NCBI GenBank assembly: GCA_947479645.1
Contig: CANKAJ010000001.1
Coordinates: 75,537 to 139,536 of the forward strand
DNA: 64,000 nucleotides
DNA from: Betaproteobacteria bacterium
Lineage (GTDB): Bacteria; Pseudomonadota; Gammaproteobacteria; Burkholderiales; SG8-39
Direction of reading: 5' to 3'
Below are positions 25,104 to 36,176 of this stretch, in pieces. The notes under the pieces are model-generated. The model did no database searches, was not told the origin of the DNA, and saw only the letters and a list, made by a program, of their open reading frames with translations. The translations under genes and the position numbers were made by a program. Numbering within the stretch: the stretch's first letter is position 1; the number at the start of each line of letters is the position of its first letter.

Positions 25104-26044
25104 GCTGGCACCCTCCTCAAGCTAATCGTTCGACGAGTGCGATCTTTAACCATTCCAGCAAGTTGCCCACATGCAGCATCAATGTCGCCCCCTCGCGTTT
25201 TACGCGTTGTGACAACAATGCCCGCAGAATGCAAGATTTCACTGAATCCCCGGATAGTTTCAGGTGATGAACGCTTGAAGCCAGCGCTTGGAAATGGGTT
25301 AAACGGGATCAAATTAATTTTGCAAGAAACCTTAGACGCCAAACAAACCAATTCATTGGCGTGAGTTTCGCTGTCATTGACACCAGCGAGCATTACGTAT
25401 TCAAAAGTAATAAAGTCACGCGGTGCCCGATCCAAATAACGATTACATGCATCGAGCAATTTGGAAATTGGATACTTGCGATTAATCGGCATCAATTGAT
25501 CCCTTAAAGTATCATTGGGCGCATGAAGAGATACTGCGAGGGCAACCGGACAATCTTCGCGAAGCCGATCTATCATGGGCACTATGCCTGAAGTCGAGAG
25601 TGTCACCCGACGCCGAGAAAGTCCGTAAGCGTCATCGCTAAGCATCAAGCGTAACGCTGGAACAACATTATCGTAATTCAGCAGAGGCTCGCCCATTCCC
25701 ATCAAAACCACGTTGCTGATGACACGATTCTTTCTAGTTGGATCCAATGCATTATTGGCCAGCCAAAGCTGACCAATAATTTCTGCAGTTGTAAGATTTC
25801 GGTTAAACCCTTGCTTTCCTGTCGAGCAGAATCCGCAATCCAACGTGCAACCAGCTTGACTCGATATGCAAAGCGTACCGCGGCTTACCTCAGGGATATA
25901 CACCGTCTCGACTGCACTAGAACCAACACCAAAAAGCCATTTTCGCGTTCCATCCGCAGCAATCAAATCACTCACTTGAGTCGGTGCATCTATTGCCGCA
26001 GCATGTAACAACTTTTCCCTGAGAGACCGAGCAATGTCCGTCAT
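25100..26044 (-). CDS. rlmN: 23S rRNA/tRNA A-C2 methyltransferase RlmN, main ORF lacking its N-terminus (see frameshift)
   Basis: Radical-SAM motif [11 protein letters not shown], plus [10 protein letters not shown] and ACGQL. The 314-aa ORF starts inside the conserved ...DFxxMTDI... region. The first ~45 residues are encoded upstream in another frame. Confidence 0.93.
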   Translation of the reverse strand: MTDIARSLREKLLHAAAIDAPTQVSDLIAADGTRKWLFGVGSSAVETVYIPEVSRGTLCISSQAGCTLDCGFCSTGKQGFNRNLTTAEIIGQLWLANNALDPTRKNRVISNVVLMGMGEPLLNYDNVVPALRLMLSDDAYGLSRRRVTLSTSGIVPMIDRLREDCPVALAVSLHAPNDTLRDQLMPINRKYPISKLLDACNRYLDRAPRDFITFEYVMLAGVNDSETHANELVCLASKVSCKINLIPFNPFPSAGFKRSSPETIRGFSEILHSAGIVVTTRKTRGGDIDAACGQLAGMVKDRTRRTISLRRVPA

Positions 26045-26175
26045 TGCCGAAAAATCCCCCCCCCCCTTTGATGAATCCAGCGAAGGACCTGCCGTCCCCG
26101 AAATGGCTTTTCACCAATCCTGGCAAAAAATGCATTAATGCCTTCGAGGTCCAAATTCAGCAGATTTTCAGTCAT
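26041..26175 (-). pseudogene. rlmN: Detached N-terminal fragment of rlmN (44 codons), out of frame with the main ORF
   Basis: Hand translation from ATG 26175 gives [44 protein letters not shown]. This is the typical RlmN N-terminus up to the homopolymer, followed by 4 off-frame codons and a stop. Confidence 0.88.
26056..26066. repeat. Homopolymer C11 (G11 on the coding strand) at the rlmN frameshift point
   Basis: Counted directly: 5 C at 26056-26060 plus 6 C at 26061-26066. Confidence 0.95.
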
Positions 26176-26199
26176 TCGGCTTTTGATTCTGCATACCGG

Positions 26200-26625
26200 T
26201 TAGCGTGCAAATATCCCCAATGCCGGGAAAAAATATGCGATCTCATCACGTGCCGTATCCTCACTGTCAGACCCATGTACTGCGTTTGCATCAATACTGT
26301 CAGCAAGATCCGCACGGATCGTCCCCTTCTCAGCCTTCTTCGGGTCCGTCGCGCCCATCAACTCACGGTTTCTGGAGATTGCATTCTCTCCTTCCAGCAC
26401 TTGCACCATGACTGGGCCGGAAATCATAAATTTCACTAGATCACGAAAGAAAGGACGATCTTTGTGCACCGCATAAAAACCTTCGGCTTCCTTCTGAGAT
26501 AGTTGCATCATGTGTGCAGCTATTACTTTTAGCCCAGCAACCTCAAAGCGTGAATAAATATTCCCTATAACATTTTTTGCAACTGCATCTGGTTTAATAA
26601 TTGATAATGTTCTTTCTACGGCCAT
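26200..26625 (-). CDS. ndk: Nucleoside diphosphate kinase
   Basis: Trimmed to ATG 26625, with a GGAGA Shine-Dalgarno 7-11 nt upstream. [15 protein letters not shown]...NAVHGSDS is the canonical Ndk sequence. Confidence 0.97.
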   Translation of the reverse strand: MAVERTLSIIKPDAVAKNVIGNIYSRFEVAGLKVIAAHMMQLSQKEAEGFYAVHKDRPFFRDLVKFMISGPVMVQVLEGENAISRNRELMGATDPKKAEKGTIRADLADSIDANAVHGSDSEDTARDEIAYFFPALGIFAR

Positions 26626-27006
26626 ACCATTCTCCATCGATTTTCAGAAAGTGAGTTCTTTAGAAGGAAACCTTCAAGTTACTCAATCCAAGTTAATAAG
26701 TATATTAAATATTTACGGTAAGTTTATATTTTAACAGTCTTTTATGGCAATGTTGCAATCTGCCAGAAGAGCCCCGTCATTAAGCATAACACTGTGAAAT
26801 TTGGTTTCTGCCATATAGGCAGCAGGTAATATCTCTAATGCTAGACATCGTTTACTTAGCGTGGTTCTCGCTGTCTACTTTCTTCTACGCCATCAAATTA
26901 CATTTGATTTTGATTAGTTTCGTAAGTCCTTCGAAACCCTTGAGAAATTACGGTACCAACAACTTGCCGCTTGATCTTAACTGTACGATCAACTCGAATT
27001 TGAATG

Positions 27007-27033
27007 AAAAAAGGCGCACCAGGCGCCTTTTTT
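27007..27033 (-). terminator. Rho-independent terminator after pnp (symmetric A6-stem-T6, potentially bidirectional)
   Basis: aaaaaaGGCGCaccagGCGCCtttttt begins 21 nt past the pnp stop (27054-27056). Confidence 0.8.
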
Positions 27034-27053
27034 ATCTTGTCAAGATTACAGCC

Positions 27054-29162
27054 TTAAGCGGACGACTGAGGCAAATCCTTGATCGCTTTCATGGAGAGTC
27101 TTACTCGACCTTTTTCATCTGCTTCCAAGACCTTTACCTTTACTGACTGACCTTCCTTTAAGTGGTCGGAAACATTGTTAACGCGCTCGTGACTAATCTG
27201 GGATATATGCAACAAACCATCCTTACCCGGCAGAAGTTGCACAATAGCACCGAAATCCAGCAGCTTCAGCACCGTACCATCATAAATACGACCGACCTCA
27301 ACGTCCGCTGTAATGTCCTCAATCCGCTTCCTGGCGGACTCACCACCTTCGGTGCTGATACAAGCAATTGAGATTGTTCCATCATCCGATATCTCAATTG
27401 TTGTTCCAGTTTCCTCCTGAATTGCTCTAATAACGATCCCGCCTTTACCTATAACATCCCGAATTTTCTCAGGATTAATCTTCAGTTTGATTATGCGGGG
27501 TGCAAAACTCGATATCTCAGTCCGAGAAGCATCCAACGTCTGGGTCATGATATTCAGGATATTCAACCGTCCTTCACGCGCCTGTGCAAGTGCCACTTGC
27601 ATGATTTCCTTGGTAATACCTTCAATTTTGATGTCCATCTGCAAGGCGGTTACACCCTTGTCAGTACCAGCAACCTTGAAATCCATGTCGCCGAGATGAT
27701 CCTCATCTCCAAGAATATCGGACAAAACTGCAAATCGATTTCCTTCCTTGATCAGCCCCATAGCTATACCCGCAACATGAGCCTTAATGGGAACGCCTGC
27801 ATCCATCAGAGCTAGACTGCCACCGCACACGCTCGCCATCGAAGATGAACCGTTTGATTCGGTAATTTCCGAAACCACCCTCATCGAATAACCAAACTCC
27901 TCAGCTCTTGGCAGCATGTTGACGAGAGCACGCTTCGCCAAACGTCCATGGCCGATTTCGCGTCGCTTTGGCGAACCAACCCGCCCAGTTTCCCCGGTTG
28001 CATAGGGAGGCATGTTGTAATGAAGCATAAAACGTTCTTTGTATTCGCCCTGAAGAGCGTCGATAATTTGCTCATCGCGACCTGTGCCCAAAGTCGCCAC
28101 GACTAGTGCTTGAGTCTCGCCACGAGTGAACAGTGCAGATCCATGCGTTCTTGGCAAAACACCAACACGTATAGTGATCGGACGCACAGTACGAGTATCG
28201 CGTCCGTCTATACGTGGCTCTCCATCAAGGATTTGGGTTCGCACAATCTTCGACTCAAGGCCAAAAAATATATCGCCAACCAGGTTCGAGTCAGGAGGAC
28301 TGTCAACCCCTGCCGCCAACTCAGCACTGACTTGCTTGCTGATTTCCGACAGGCGTGTGCTGCGTGCCTGCTTGCTACGGATTTTGTACGCTTCGCGCAA
28401 AGGCGCTTCGGCTATTGCATTGATGCGTGCAATCAGCACCTCATCTTTATCTGCAGGCTTCCAGTCCCAAACCGGTTTGGCCGCCTCGTCAGCCAATTCA
28501 TGAATTGCCTGAATTGCAGCTTGCATCTGCTCATGCCCGTAAACAACTGATCCCAGCATGATTTCCTCGGAAAGCTCGTGAGCTTCTGACTCCACCATCA
28601 ATACAGCGTGCTCCGTACCTGCAACAACCAGATTGAGCTTGCTGTCCTTCAACTGCGATATTGAAGGGTTTAATACATACTGATCATTGATATAACCTAC
28701 TCGCGCCGCTCCAATTGGACCGTTAAATGGGATGCCGGACAACGTCAGCGCAGCCGAAACACCTATAAGGGCAGGAATGTCTGGATCAATATCAGGATTA
28801 ACCGAAATAACAGTGGCGACCACTTGCACTTCGTTATAGAAACCGTCTGGAAAGAGTGGACGTATCGGACGATCAATCAAGCGCGATGTTAGTGTTTCTT
28901 TCTCGGTAGGACGACCTTCACGCTTGAAAAATCCCCCAGGGATCTTGCCAGCAGCATACGTTTTCTCCAGGTAATCACAAGTCAAGGGGAAAAAATCCTG
29001 TCCAGGTTTGGCAGATTTCTTGGCCACTACTGTACAAAGCACAACCGTATCATCGACACTAACTAGTACAGCACCATGCGCTTGACGCGCGATTTCTCCG
29101 GTCTCCAAGATGACTTGGTGAGAACCGTAGGTAAATGTTTTCCTGACTGGGGTCAACGACAT
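27054..29162 (-). CDS. pnp: Polyribonucleotide nucleotidyltransferase (PNPase)
   Basis: 702 aa: two RNase PH domains plus KH and S1. The N-terminus [19 protein letters not shown] is typical. Confidence 0.97.
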   Translation of the reverse strand: MSLTPVRKTFTYGSHQVILETGEIARQAHGAVLVSVDDTVVLCTVVAKKSAKPGQDFFPLTCDYLEKTYAAGKIPGGFFKREGRPTEKETLTSRLIDRPIRPLFPDGFYNEVQVVATVISVNPDIDPDIPALIGVSAALTLSGIPFNGPIGAARVGYINDQYVLNPSISQLKDSKLNLVVAGTEHAVLMVESEAHELSEEIMLGSVVYGHEQMQAAIQAIHELADEAAKPVWDWKPADKDEVLIARINAIAEAPLREAYKIRSKQARSTRLSEISKQVSAELAAGVDSPPDSNLVGDIFFGLESKIVRTQILDGEPRIDGRDTRTVRPITIRVGVLPRTHGSALFTRGETQALVVATLGTGRDEQIIDALQGEYKERFMLHYNMPPYATGETGRVGSPKRREIGHGRLAKRALVNMLPRAEEFGYSMRVVSEITESNGSSSMASVCGGSLALMDAGVPIKAHVAGIAMGLIKEGNRFAVLSDILGDEDHLGDMDFKVAGTDKGVTALQMDIKIEGITKEIMQVALAQAREGRLNILNIMTQTLDASRTEISSFAPRIIKLKINPEKIRDVIGKGGIVIRAIQEETGTTIEISDDGTISIACISTEGGESARKRIEDITADVEVGRIYDGTVLKLLDFGAIVQLLPGKDGLLHISQISHERVNNVSDHLKEGQSVKVKVLEADEKGRVRLSMKAIKDLPQSSA

Positions 29163-29253
29163 AGCTCTCTCAATTTTCAGCGACTCTGGACGGGATGACC
29201 AGGTCAGTAGATGTATGACATCGCCTGTACATTCAAAAGTACATGCGCGACGT

Positions 29254-29280
29254 AAAAACGCCCATCTTAGCGGATGGGCG
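29254..29280 (-). terminator. rpsO terminator/attenuator hairpin in the rpsO-pnp spacer
   Basis: Stem CGCCCATC/GATGGGCG (29259-29266 and 29273-29280), followed on the minus strand by TTTTT (29254-29258). The same arrangement is known for rpsO-pnp in E. coli. Confidence 0.75.
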
Positions 29281-29286
29281 TCAGTA

Positions 29287-29556
29287 TTATTTTCTCAGAC
29301 CTAACCGCTCAATTAACTTGCGGTATTTGTCAGAGCTGGTGCGTTTTAGATAGTCAAGCAACTTGCGACGCTGACTAACAAGTTTGAGCAGACCTCGACG
29401 AGAATGATGATCCTTAACGTTCGACTTAAAGTGGTCTGTGAGCCCATTGATACGCGCAGTCAACAGTGCAACCTGCACTTCTGATGAGCCAGTATCACCA
29501 GCGATACGCTGGTGCTCAGATACAATTTGCGCTTTCTGCATTACAGTCACTGACAT
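29287..29556 (-). CDS. rpsO: 30S ribosomal protein S15
   Basis: 89 aa. [25 protein letters not shown]...[21 protein letters not shown] is the canonical S15 sequence. Confidence 0.98.
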   Translation of the reverse strand: MSVTVMQKAQIVSEHQRIAGDTGSSEVQVALLTARINGLTDHFKSNVKDHHSRRGLLKLVSQRRKLLDYLKRTSSDKYRKLIERLGLRK

Positions 29557-29655
29557 GCTTTTTCTCTCGGTACGAAAGGGCAGGATTTTAGCTTAAAATC
29601 AGGCGCTTCCACAAGGTTTTTTATAGAAGGCCCGGCGACGGGAAACACAATGGAC

Positions 29656-30567
29656 TTAATGCGCTCGCAAAAGTCGGCTCGGCGAAAGGGTACCAGCTCC
29701 ATTTAGTTCCCCCACTCCTAGAAACTTCTCCATACAATCGTAAACAGCAACTCTGAGTATTTGCATCTTAGGTACTGTTTCCATTGAGGTTACAGCCTGA
29801 CCATGCAAAAACTTAGCGGCCAATTCAGCTGACAGTGTCACATGCGTCCAGGATGCAACCAAAGCATCAACAGGTAATAGCATATTATCCCTAGCGACCT
29901 CTTCCAGGTCTTCAAGCGTCGCAAGTGTCTGAGCCTGCGGAATGCAAAACTGACCTATTGAAGTACGGCGCAGTCCAACCAGATGTGCACCGCAGCCAAG
30001 TTCGGCTCCTATGTCTTCAGCCAAAGTACGTATGTATGTACCTTTGCTGCACACAACGTCAATGACCAACTCAGGTGCATTGAATTGAAGCACATCAAGT
30101 TTGAATATATGCACTTGCCTGGAGTTTCTTTCTATTACCAGTCCTTTGCGCGCCAATTCATACAAAGGCCTCCCCTGATGCTTGAGCGCCGAGTACATCG
30201 GTGGTACCTGCGCAATCTCCCCGCGAAATCGATTTATTACCGCATCAAGTTGGGCAGGGGATACTGAGACCGGCTTTCGCTCAATCACCACTCCTTCTGC
30301 ATCGCCTGTCTCAGTGCGCTCCCCCAACTTAATACTGGCGCAGTACCCCTTGTGGGCTTCGAGCAATTCACCTCCGAATTTGGTTGCATCACCAAAACAA
30401 ATTGGAAGTATTCCAGTGGCGAGCGGGTCCAGCGTGCCTGTATGACCAGCTCGCTCAGCTCTGTAAAGACGTTTTACTCGTTGCAAAACGGCGTTTGAAC
30501 TCAAGCCCGAATGCTTATCGAGTAGTAATATTCCATCGATTCGTCGTGCCACATATCTTGTTCGCAC
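29656..30567 (-). CDS. truB: tRNA pseudouridine(55) synthase TruB
   Basis: Contains GILLLDKHSGLSSN, the catalytic motif GHTGTLDPLATG, and a PUA-like C-terminus. Confidence 0.95.
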   Translation of the reverse strand: MRTRYVARRIDGILLLDKHSGLSSNAVLQRVKRLYRAERAGHTGTLDPLATGILPICFGDATKFGGELLEAHKGYCASIKLGERTETGDAEGVVIERKPVSVSPAQLDAVINRFRGEIAQVPPMYSALKHQGRPLYELARKGLVIERNSRQVHIFKLDVLQFNAPELVIDVVCSKGTYIRTLAEDIGAELGCGAHLVGLRRTSIGQFCIPQAQTLATLEDLEEVARDNMLLPVDALVASWTHVTLSAELAAKFLHGQAVTSMETVPKMQILRVAVYDCMEKFLGVGELNGAGTLSPSRLLRAH

Positions 30568-30578
30568 TACAGGGACGC

Positions 30579-30968
30579 CTACTTCTTGTCTTTAGCAGGC
30601 AAACCAACTAACGAGGATGAAGGTGTGGAGAGCGCCTCATCAATCAGTCTGGAAATCCGAACCCCCGATTCCACTGAGGAATCATAGAAGAAATGCAACT
30701 CTGGCGTGTTGTGTATTTTTATTTGCCTGCCCAGCATACTTCGCAGAAATCCAGATGCGCGACTCAATCCAATTTTGGTTTGAGCGCGCGCAGCGTCATC
30801 TCCAAGCATGGTGAAGTAGACTTTTGCGTGAGCCAAATCCGGAGAGACCTGCACCTCTGTCAGAGTAATCATTCCAACCCGCGGATCCTTCAGTTCGTCA
30901 CGGATCAACTCAGAGAGTGTTCTCTGAATCTGATCGGAAATACGACGCTGACGTTGGAGATTTGCCAT
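30579..30968 (-). CDS. rbfA: Ribosome-binding factor A
   Basis: [44 protein letters not shown] is the canonical RbfA sequence. Confidence 0.95.
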   Translation of the reverse strand: MANLQRQRRISDQIQRTLSELIRDELKDPRVGMITLTEVQVSPDLAHAKVYFTMLGDDAARAQTKIGLSRASGFLRSMLGRQIKIHNTPELHFFYDSSVESGVRISRLIDEALSTPSSSLVGLPAKDKK

Positions 30969-31108
30969 TATTCGTTCCGGTCAGCAATTGCCTGCTCTGG
31001 TACTACTTGAAGTGCGAATACACAAAAAAAGCAAGATTCAAAGTGCTTGCCTTCTTTCCGAAGAATCACCTCAACAGTTTGATTCTGCATTGATTTTTAC
31101 TATCTTGC

Positions 31109-34012
31109 CTACAAAGTTCTGGCAACTTCCTGAACCTCGTAAGACTCCAACTGATCCCCGTCCCTGATGTCATTGTAGTTTTTCAATGACAAGCCACACT
31201 CGAATCCCGACTTGACCTCTCGAACATCGTCTTTGAAGCGTTTCAGGGAGTCAAGCTCTCCATCATGAATTACAACATTGTTGCGCAACAATCTCACGCG
31301 CGATGCCCGGCGAATCAGGCCCTCGGTGACCATGCAACCAGCAACTGTACCAATCTTGGATATCTTGTAGATCTGACGAATCTGCACCAGCCCCAATATG
31401 ACTTCTTTTTTCTCCGGCGCAAGCATTCCGGATAGCGCAGCCCTTACCTCATCAACAGCCTCGTAAATAATATTGTAGTACCGAATATTGATGCCATTGG
31501 CTTCAGCAAGTTTGCATGCCGTGCCATCTGCTCGCGTATTAAACCCGATTATCACCGCCTTGGACGCCATGGCTAGATTAACGTCCGACTCTGTTATGCC
31601 ACCAACCGCGCTGTGAATAACATTTATCTTCACTTCGTCTGTTGAAAGCTTGGCAAGTGAATGAACTAAAGCTTCTTGCGAACCCTGTACATCAGCCTTG
31701 ATGAGCAGCGGAAGCACCCGAACGCCACCTTCGCCAATTTGGTCAAACATGTTTTCCAGATTAGCAACCTGCTTCTTGGCAAGTTTGACCTCGCGAAACT
31801 TTCCCTGCCGAAAAAGAGCAATTTCCCGCGCCTTGCGCTCATCTGTAAGAACCGCGACTTCCTCGCCTGCGCCTGGAACGTCCGCCAAACCCTGTATCTC
31901 GACAGGAATCGACGGTCCCGCTTCCTGAATTGAGTTTCCATTTTCATCAAGCATTGCGCGCACTCTGCCAAAGGCAGCGCCCGCAAGCAGGACATCCCCA
32001 CGCCTTAGCGTTCCCGATTGAACCAGCAAGGTTGCCACTGGGCCGCGTCCCTTGTCTAGCCTTGCCTCGATAACGATACCTTTTGCTGGAGTATCAGTCG
32101 CTGCTTTCAACTCAAGTACTTCCGCCTGCAACAGGACTTGCTCCAGCAAGTCGTCAATTCCAGCACCTGTCTTCGCCGATACCGGAACAAATGGAACATC
32201 CCCACCATATTCTTCAGGAATTACGCCGTGTGCGACGAGTTCCTGCTTTACACGGTCTAAATTTGCTTCCTGTTTGTCAACCTTGTTGATTGCCACCACC
32301 AATGGAACATTGGCAGCTTTTGCATGAGAAATCGCCTCAATTGTTTGTGGCATCACACCATCGTCTGCGGCCACAACAAGAATTACAAGATCCGTAACTT
32401 TGGCGCCACGCGCACGCATGGCGGTAAAAGCTTCATGACCCGGCGTATCAAGAAATGTAATCAAACCTCGCGGGGTCTCAACGTGATACGCACCAATGTG
32501 CTGGGTTATTCCACCCGCCTCACCGGATGCAACTTTTGTGCGTCGGATGTAATCAAGCAACGACGTCTTACCGTGGTCAACGTGTCCCATGACAGTTACG
32601 ACGGGAGCCCGTGGTTTTAAAACGATCTCGCCTTGCTCCACCGTATCAATCAGATAGGCTTCAGGATCGTCCAGTTTCGCAGCTATTGCCTTGTGCCCCA
32701 TATCCTCAACAACAATCATCGCTGTCTCTTGATCCAGCACCTGATTGATGGTGACCATACTTCCGAGCTTCATCAATACTTTAATGACCTCAGCTGCCTT
32801 GACAGCCATTTTGTGCGCCAACTCCCCTACCGTAATGGTTTCGGGGACATGTATTTCACGCACGACTGGCTCAGTCGGCGCCTCGAACTGACTTTCACCT
32901 TCAGCATGAGCACCACCCGACGCCTTGTTACGCCCGCGTGCATGCCATCCGGATGCACCCTGGACATCTCCACGCGTCTTAATGGTACGGCGCTTTGCCG
33001 TTTCGTCCTTCCAAACAGTAACCTGCTTCTTCTTTTTGTCACTCGCTGCGCCTTCAGCCACCTTGGGCTTGTGCAGGGTAGCTCCGGAATTGGCAGGGAC
33101 CTCAGCCTCAGAAGTAGGTGCTGAGGCTGTTGCTTTCTCCGCAGGGGCAACGGGCGCGGCTACAACTTCCTTTTGTGCAGCCGCTTTTTTCTGTTCTGAA
33201 AGTCGCTGTTCGCGACCCTGCTTTTCAGCTATTTCTGCAGCCTGCCTCTGAGCTAGCTCTTCGTGACGGCGCTGCTCCTGAGCTCGTACTTCGGCCTCCT
33301 TTGCACTGACCACGCTGCCTACCCTTACAAATCGGGTAGTGGAAACTGTTTCAGGAGTAACTGCATTAGGCTTCTCAGTGGCCACAGCAGGAGCGACTGA
33401 TGGTTTTGCATCCTGAGACTTAACTTCTGGTGGCTTTACTTCAGAGACCTTGACTTCAGGAAGGATTACTTCCGTCGCCTTTTCTACAAGAACCTTTACT
33501 TCAGGCGCTTGGGCTTCAGAAACTTCGACTTGAGACGCTTTGGCTTCAACGGCTTTGGCTTCAACGGCTTTGGCTTCGGGCGCTTTGACTTCAACGGGTT
33601 TGACGTCAGGCGCTTTGATTTCAGAAGGTTTCTGATCCTGAACAATAACGTCCTCGGACTTTACTTCAGGTGCTGCCTGCAACTCCGCAGGAGATGCAAT
33701 GATCTCCCCGGGTTCACGCTTGACGAATACACGCTTCTTCTTGACCTCGACCTGAATCGTTCGCGCCTTGCCAGTGGCATCGGTCTTCTTGATGATTTCA
33801 GAGGTCTGTTTCCGGGTCAGGGTAATCTTGTTCTTCGGCTCAGCTACACCGTGCGCTTTGCGCAGGTAATCAAGCAGCATCGTCTTGTCCTGATCCGAAA
33901 GAATGTCTTCCGCCACCCGTTTGATAACACCCGCCGCGCGCAATTGCTCGAGAAGGATGGACGGCGGAACTTTCAATTCTCCGGCGAATTGAGCGACGCT
34001 TGTGTGTGCCAT
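31109..34012 (-). CDS. infB: Translation initiation factor IF-2
   Basis: GTPase motifs [20 protein letters not shown] and NKVD. The long Ala/Glu/Lys/Val/Pro-rich N-terminal region brings the length to 967 aa. Confidence 0.97.
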   Translation of the reverse strand: MAHTSVAQFAGELKVPPSILLEQLRAAGVIKRVAEDILSDQDKTMLLDYLRKAHGVAEPKNKITLTRKQTSEIIKKTDATGKARTIQVEVKKKRVFVKREPGEIIASPAELQAAPEVKSEDVIVQDQKPSEIKAPDVKPVEVKAPEAKAVEAKAVEAKASQVEVSEAQAPEVKVLVEKATEVILPEVKVSEVKPPEVKSQDAKPSVAPAVATEKPNAVTPETVSTTRFVRVGSVVSAKEAEVRAQEQRRHEELAQRQAAEIAEKQGREQRLSEQKKAAAQKEVVAAPVAPAEKATASAPTSEAEVPANSGATLHKPKVAEGAASDKKKKQVTVWKDETAKRRTIKTRGDVQGASGWHARGRNKASGGAHAEGESQFEAPTEPVVREIHVPETITVGELAHKMAVKAAEVIKVLMKLGSMVTINQVLDQETAMIVVEDMGHKAIAAKLDDPEAYLIDTVEQGEIVLKPRAPVVTVMGHVDHGKTSLLDYIRRTKVASGEAGGITQHIGAYHVETPRGLITFLDTPGHEAFTAMRARGAKVTDLVILVVAADDGVMPQTIEAISHAKAANVPLVVAINKVDKQEANLDRVKQELVAHGVIPEEYGGDVPFVPVSAKTGAGIDDLLEQVLLQAEVLELKAATDTPAKGIVIEARLDKGRGPVATLLVQSGTLRRGDVLLAGAAFGRVRAMLDENGNSIQEAGPSIPVEIQGLADVPGAGEEVAVLTDERKAREIALFRQGKFREVKLAKKQVANLENMFDQIGEGGVRVLPLLIKADVQGSQEALVHSLAKLSTDEVKINVIHSAVGGITESDVNLAMASKAVIIGFNTRADGTACKLAEANGINIRYYNIIYEAVDEVRAALSGMLAPEKKEVILGLVQIRQIYKISKIGTVAGCMVTEGLIRRASRVRLLRNNVVIHDGELDSLKRFKDDVREVKSGFECGLSLKNYNDIRDGDQLESYEVQEVARTL
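33498..33630. repeat. Degenerate 15-bp tandem repeat inside infB encoding (A/P)-E-(V/A)-K-x pentapeptides
   Basis: Unit tggcttcaacggctt occurs twice exactly (33541-33570), flanked by diverged copies such as tggcttcgggcgctt, tgacttcaacgggtt and tgacgtcaggcgctt. Confidence 0.8.
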
Positions 34013-34022
34013 TGTTTTCCTG

Positions 34023-35504
34023 TTATTCCTTGAACCAGTGCGCGCGAGCCTTCATGATCATGTCCTTGGCCCTCTCACTGTCGATTCCCGATATTTCGAC
34101 CAGATCATCTACCGCAAGGTCACCCAAGTCGTCGCGAGTCCTAATTCCAGCACCAGCGAGTTTCCCGGCCAGCTCTCCATCCATCCCTTCAAGACTTCGC
34201 AACTCCGGATCAACGCCTTCGGCCTGCTCTTCGCTCTTGATAGCCTGCACAATCAAGGCATCACGCGCCCGGCTTCGAAGTTCATTAACCGTAGCTTCGT
34301 CAAAGGCCTCAATCTCAATCATCTCGTTGATTGGCACATACGCCACTTCCTCAAGTGAAGAGAATCCTTCCTGAATAAGAATTTCTGCAACCTCTTCATC
34401 AACATCCAGCTTTTCCATGAACAACTTGCGCGTCGCCTCACTTTCGGTACGACTTTTTTCCTTGGACTCCGTTTCATTCATCAGGTTGATGGTCCAACCC
34501 GTGAGTTCTGAAGCCAGGCGCACATTTTGGCCACTACGTCCGATGGCGATAGCAAGATTTTCTTCGTCGACGACCACATCCATGGCGTGTTTCTCTTCGT
34601 CCACCAAAATGCTGGAAACCTCCGCTGGGGCCAATGCACCGATCACAAACTGCGCGGGATCAGCCGACCACAACACGATATCCACACGCTCGCCGCCCAA
34701 CTCCTGGGTTACTGCTTGTACTCGCGATCCACGCATGCCGACACAAGTGCCAATTGGATCAATGCGCTTGTCCTTGGTATATACAGCAATTTTCGCGCGA
34801 ATTCCCGGGTCACGCGCCGCAGACTTAATCTCGAGAAGACCTTCTTCAATTTCAGGAACTTCAAGACGGAAAAGTTCGCTGATAAACTCAGGGGCAGTAC
34901 GAGAAAGCATAAGCTGAGGACCGCGTATAGACCGCTCGATCCTTACCAGATACGCGCGAACACGATCACCAACCCGCAGGTTTTCTTTTTGTATCATCTG
35001 GTCGCGCGGCAATACCGCTTCTACGCGCCCCGCTTCTATCATCGCGTTACCACGCTCAATCCGCTTTACGGTACCGGTAACCAGTTTTTCATTTCGCGCC
35101 AGAAAATCCTGCAGCAATTGCTCGCGCTCCGCATCACGAATACGCTGCAATATGACCTGTTTGGCCGCCTGGGCACCAATACGCCCGAACTCTATAGGCT
35201 CCAACTGCTCTTCGATGTACTCATCGACCTGAATATCGCCATACTGCTTCTGCGCCTCTGACAGCGCAATCTGATGAGGCGGAGCATCTACCGCATCATC
35301 CGGCAACACCTGCCAGCGCCGAAAAGACTCATAGTTACCAGTTTCACGATCAATGGATACCCGAACTTCCACCTCTTCATTGAAGCGCTTCTTGGTCGCG
35401 GATGCGATAGCCATCTCAAGCGCACCGAAAACGGTCTCCTTGTGGACATTCTTCTCGCGCGCCAAAGCATCAACGAGTAACAGCAATTCGCGGTTCACTT
35501 GCAC
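34023..35504 (-). CDS. nusA: Transcription termination/antitermination factor NusA
   Basis: 493 aa: N-terminal domain, S1, two KH domains and C-terminal acidic repeats. Starts [20 protein letters not shown]. Confidence 0.97.
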   Translation of the reverse strand: MQVNRELLLLVDALAREKNVHKETVFGALEMAIASATKKRFNEEVEVRVSIDRETGNYESFRRWQVLPDDAVDAPPHQIALSEAQKQYGDIQVDEYIEEQLEPIEFGRIGAQAAKQVILQRIRDAEREQLLQDFLARNEKLVTGTVKRIERGNAMIEAGRVEAVLPRDQMIQKENLRVGDRVRAYLVRIERSIRGPQLMLSRTAPEFISELFRLEVPEIEEGLLEIKSAARDPGIRAKIAVYTKDKRIDPIGTCVGMRGSRVQAVTQELGGERVDIVLWSADPAQFVIGALAPAEVSSILVDEEKHAMDVVVDEENLAIAIGRSGQNVRLASELTGWTINLMNETESKEKSRTESEATRKLFMEKLDVDEEVAEILIQEGFSSLEEVAYVPINEMIEIEAFDEATVNELRSRARDALIVQAIKSEEQAEGVDPELRSLEGMDGELAGKLAGAGIRTRDDLGDLAVDDLVEISGIDSERAKDMIMKARAHWFKE

Positions 35505-35515
35505 ACTCCCACTCC

Positions 35516-35986
35516 TTATATCTGCGGCACCAGGCGGACACGGTCAATATTTCCCATCTCCACGACAAATTTCGCGCCTTCGATATCGATTTCCATCTGA
35601 TCGTCAATAACCGCGCCCAAAATACCAACCAACCGTCGCCTTCCATTTGACACAGTACGAAGCTTTACTTCAACTTTGTTGCCTGCAAACCGGACAAAAT
35701 CCACTGCTTTACGCAGTCGCCGGTCCAATCCGGGAGACGAAACTTCCAGTCGGTCGTAATTTATGCCCTCAACCGGCAAGACACGCTGCAACTGCTGACT
35801 CGCCCGCTCACAATCCTCAAGCGTAATCCCCCCCGACGATCCTTGCGAAGAAACGTCATATTGCCTATCAATAAACACCTGCAACATTCTATTTCTACTA
35901 GATAAATCAAAATCGACGAGCTCATACCCCAAACCGGAAATCGTCGCCTCCAGCAGTTGTTCGAGATCGTTTTTTCCTGACAGCAT
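35516..35986 (-). CDS. rimP: Ribosome maturation factor RimP
   Basis: Trimmed to ATG 35986, because the longer ORF would run through an upstream terminator hairpin. LGYELVDFD...[12 protein letters not shown] is typical of RimP. Confidence 0.9.
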   Translation of the reverse strand: MLSGKNDLEQLLEATISGLGYELVDFDLSSRNRMLQVFIDRQYDVSSQGSSGGITLEDCERASQQLQRVLPVEGINYDRLEVSSPGLDRRLRKAVDFVRFAGNKVEVKLRTVSNGRRRLVGILGAVIDDQMEIDIEGAKFVVEMGNIDRVRLVPQI

Positions 35987-36001
35987 TCCCGCACCACAAA
36001 T

Positions 36002-36029
36002 AAAAAATGGGCCAGCACAGCCCATTTTT
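36002..36029 (-). terminator. Rho-independent terminator between rluB and rimP
   Basis: aaaaaTGGGCcagcacaGCCCAttttt: a GC core stem with flanking A and T runs, giving a T-run after the hairpin on the minus strand. Confidence 0.65.
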
Positions 36030-36176
36030 GTTGTAACAATACCGCAAAGCAGCGGCTTTTTTCCATCCCTTACAGCCCAACTAGTATAGCAAGAATCTCT
36101 TTCTTAAACAATGCATACGCACGCATCATTGCATTGCTCTGACCGTGTATCAGCGGACTACAAGGCAGATGAATTG

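Noticed and set aside
26838-27146. 102-aa plus-strand ORF in the ndk-pnp spacer.
   Set aside because: It runs through the pnp terminator hairpin and into the pnp coding region on the antisense strand. It has no Shine-Dalgarno, and its AT-rich low-complexity translation looks spurious.
33400-33660. Short tandem repeats that might at first glance suggest a CRISPR or minisatellite array.
   Set aside because: The period is 15 bp with no spacers, and the array lies entirely in frame within infB, where it encodes the Ala/Glu/Val/Lys linker. It is not a CRISPR array.
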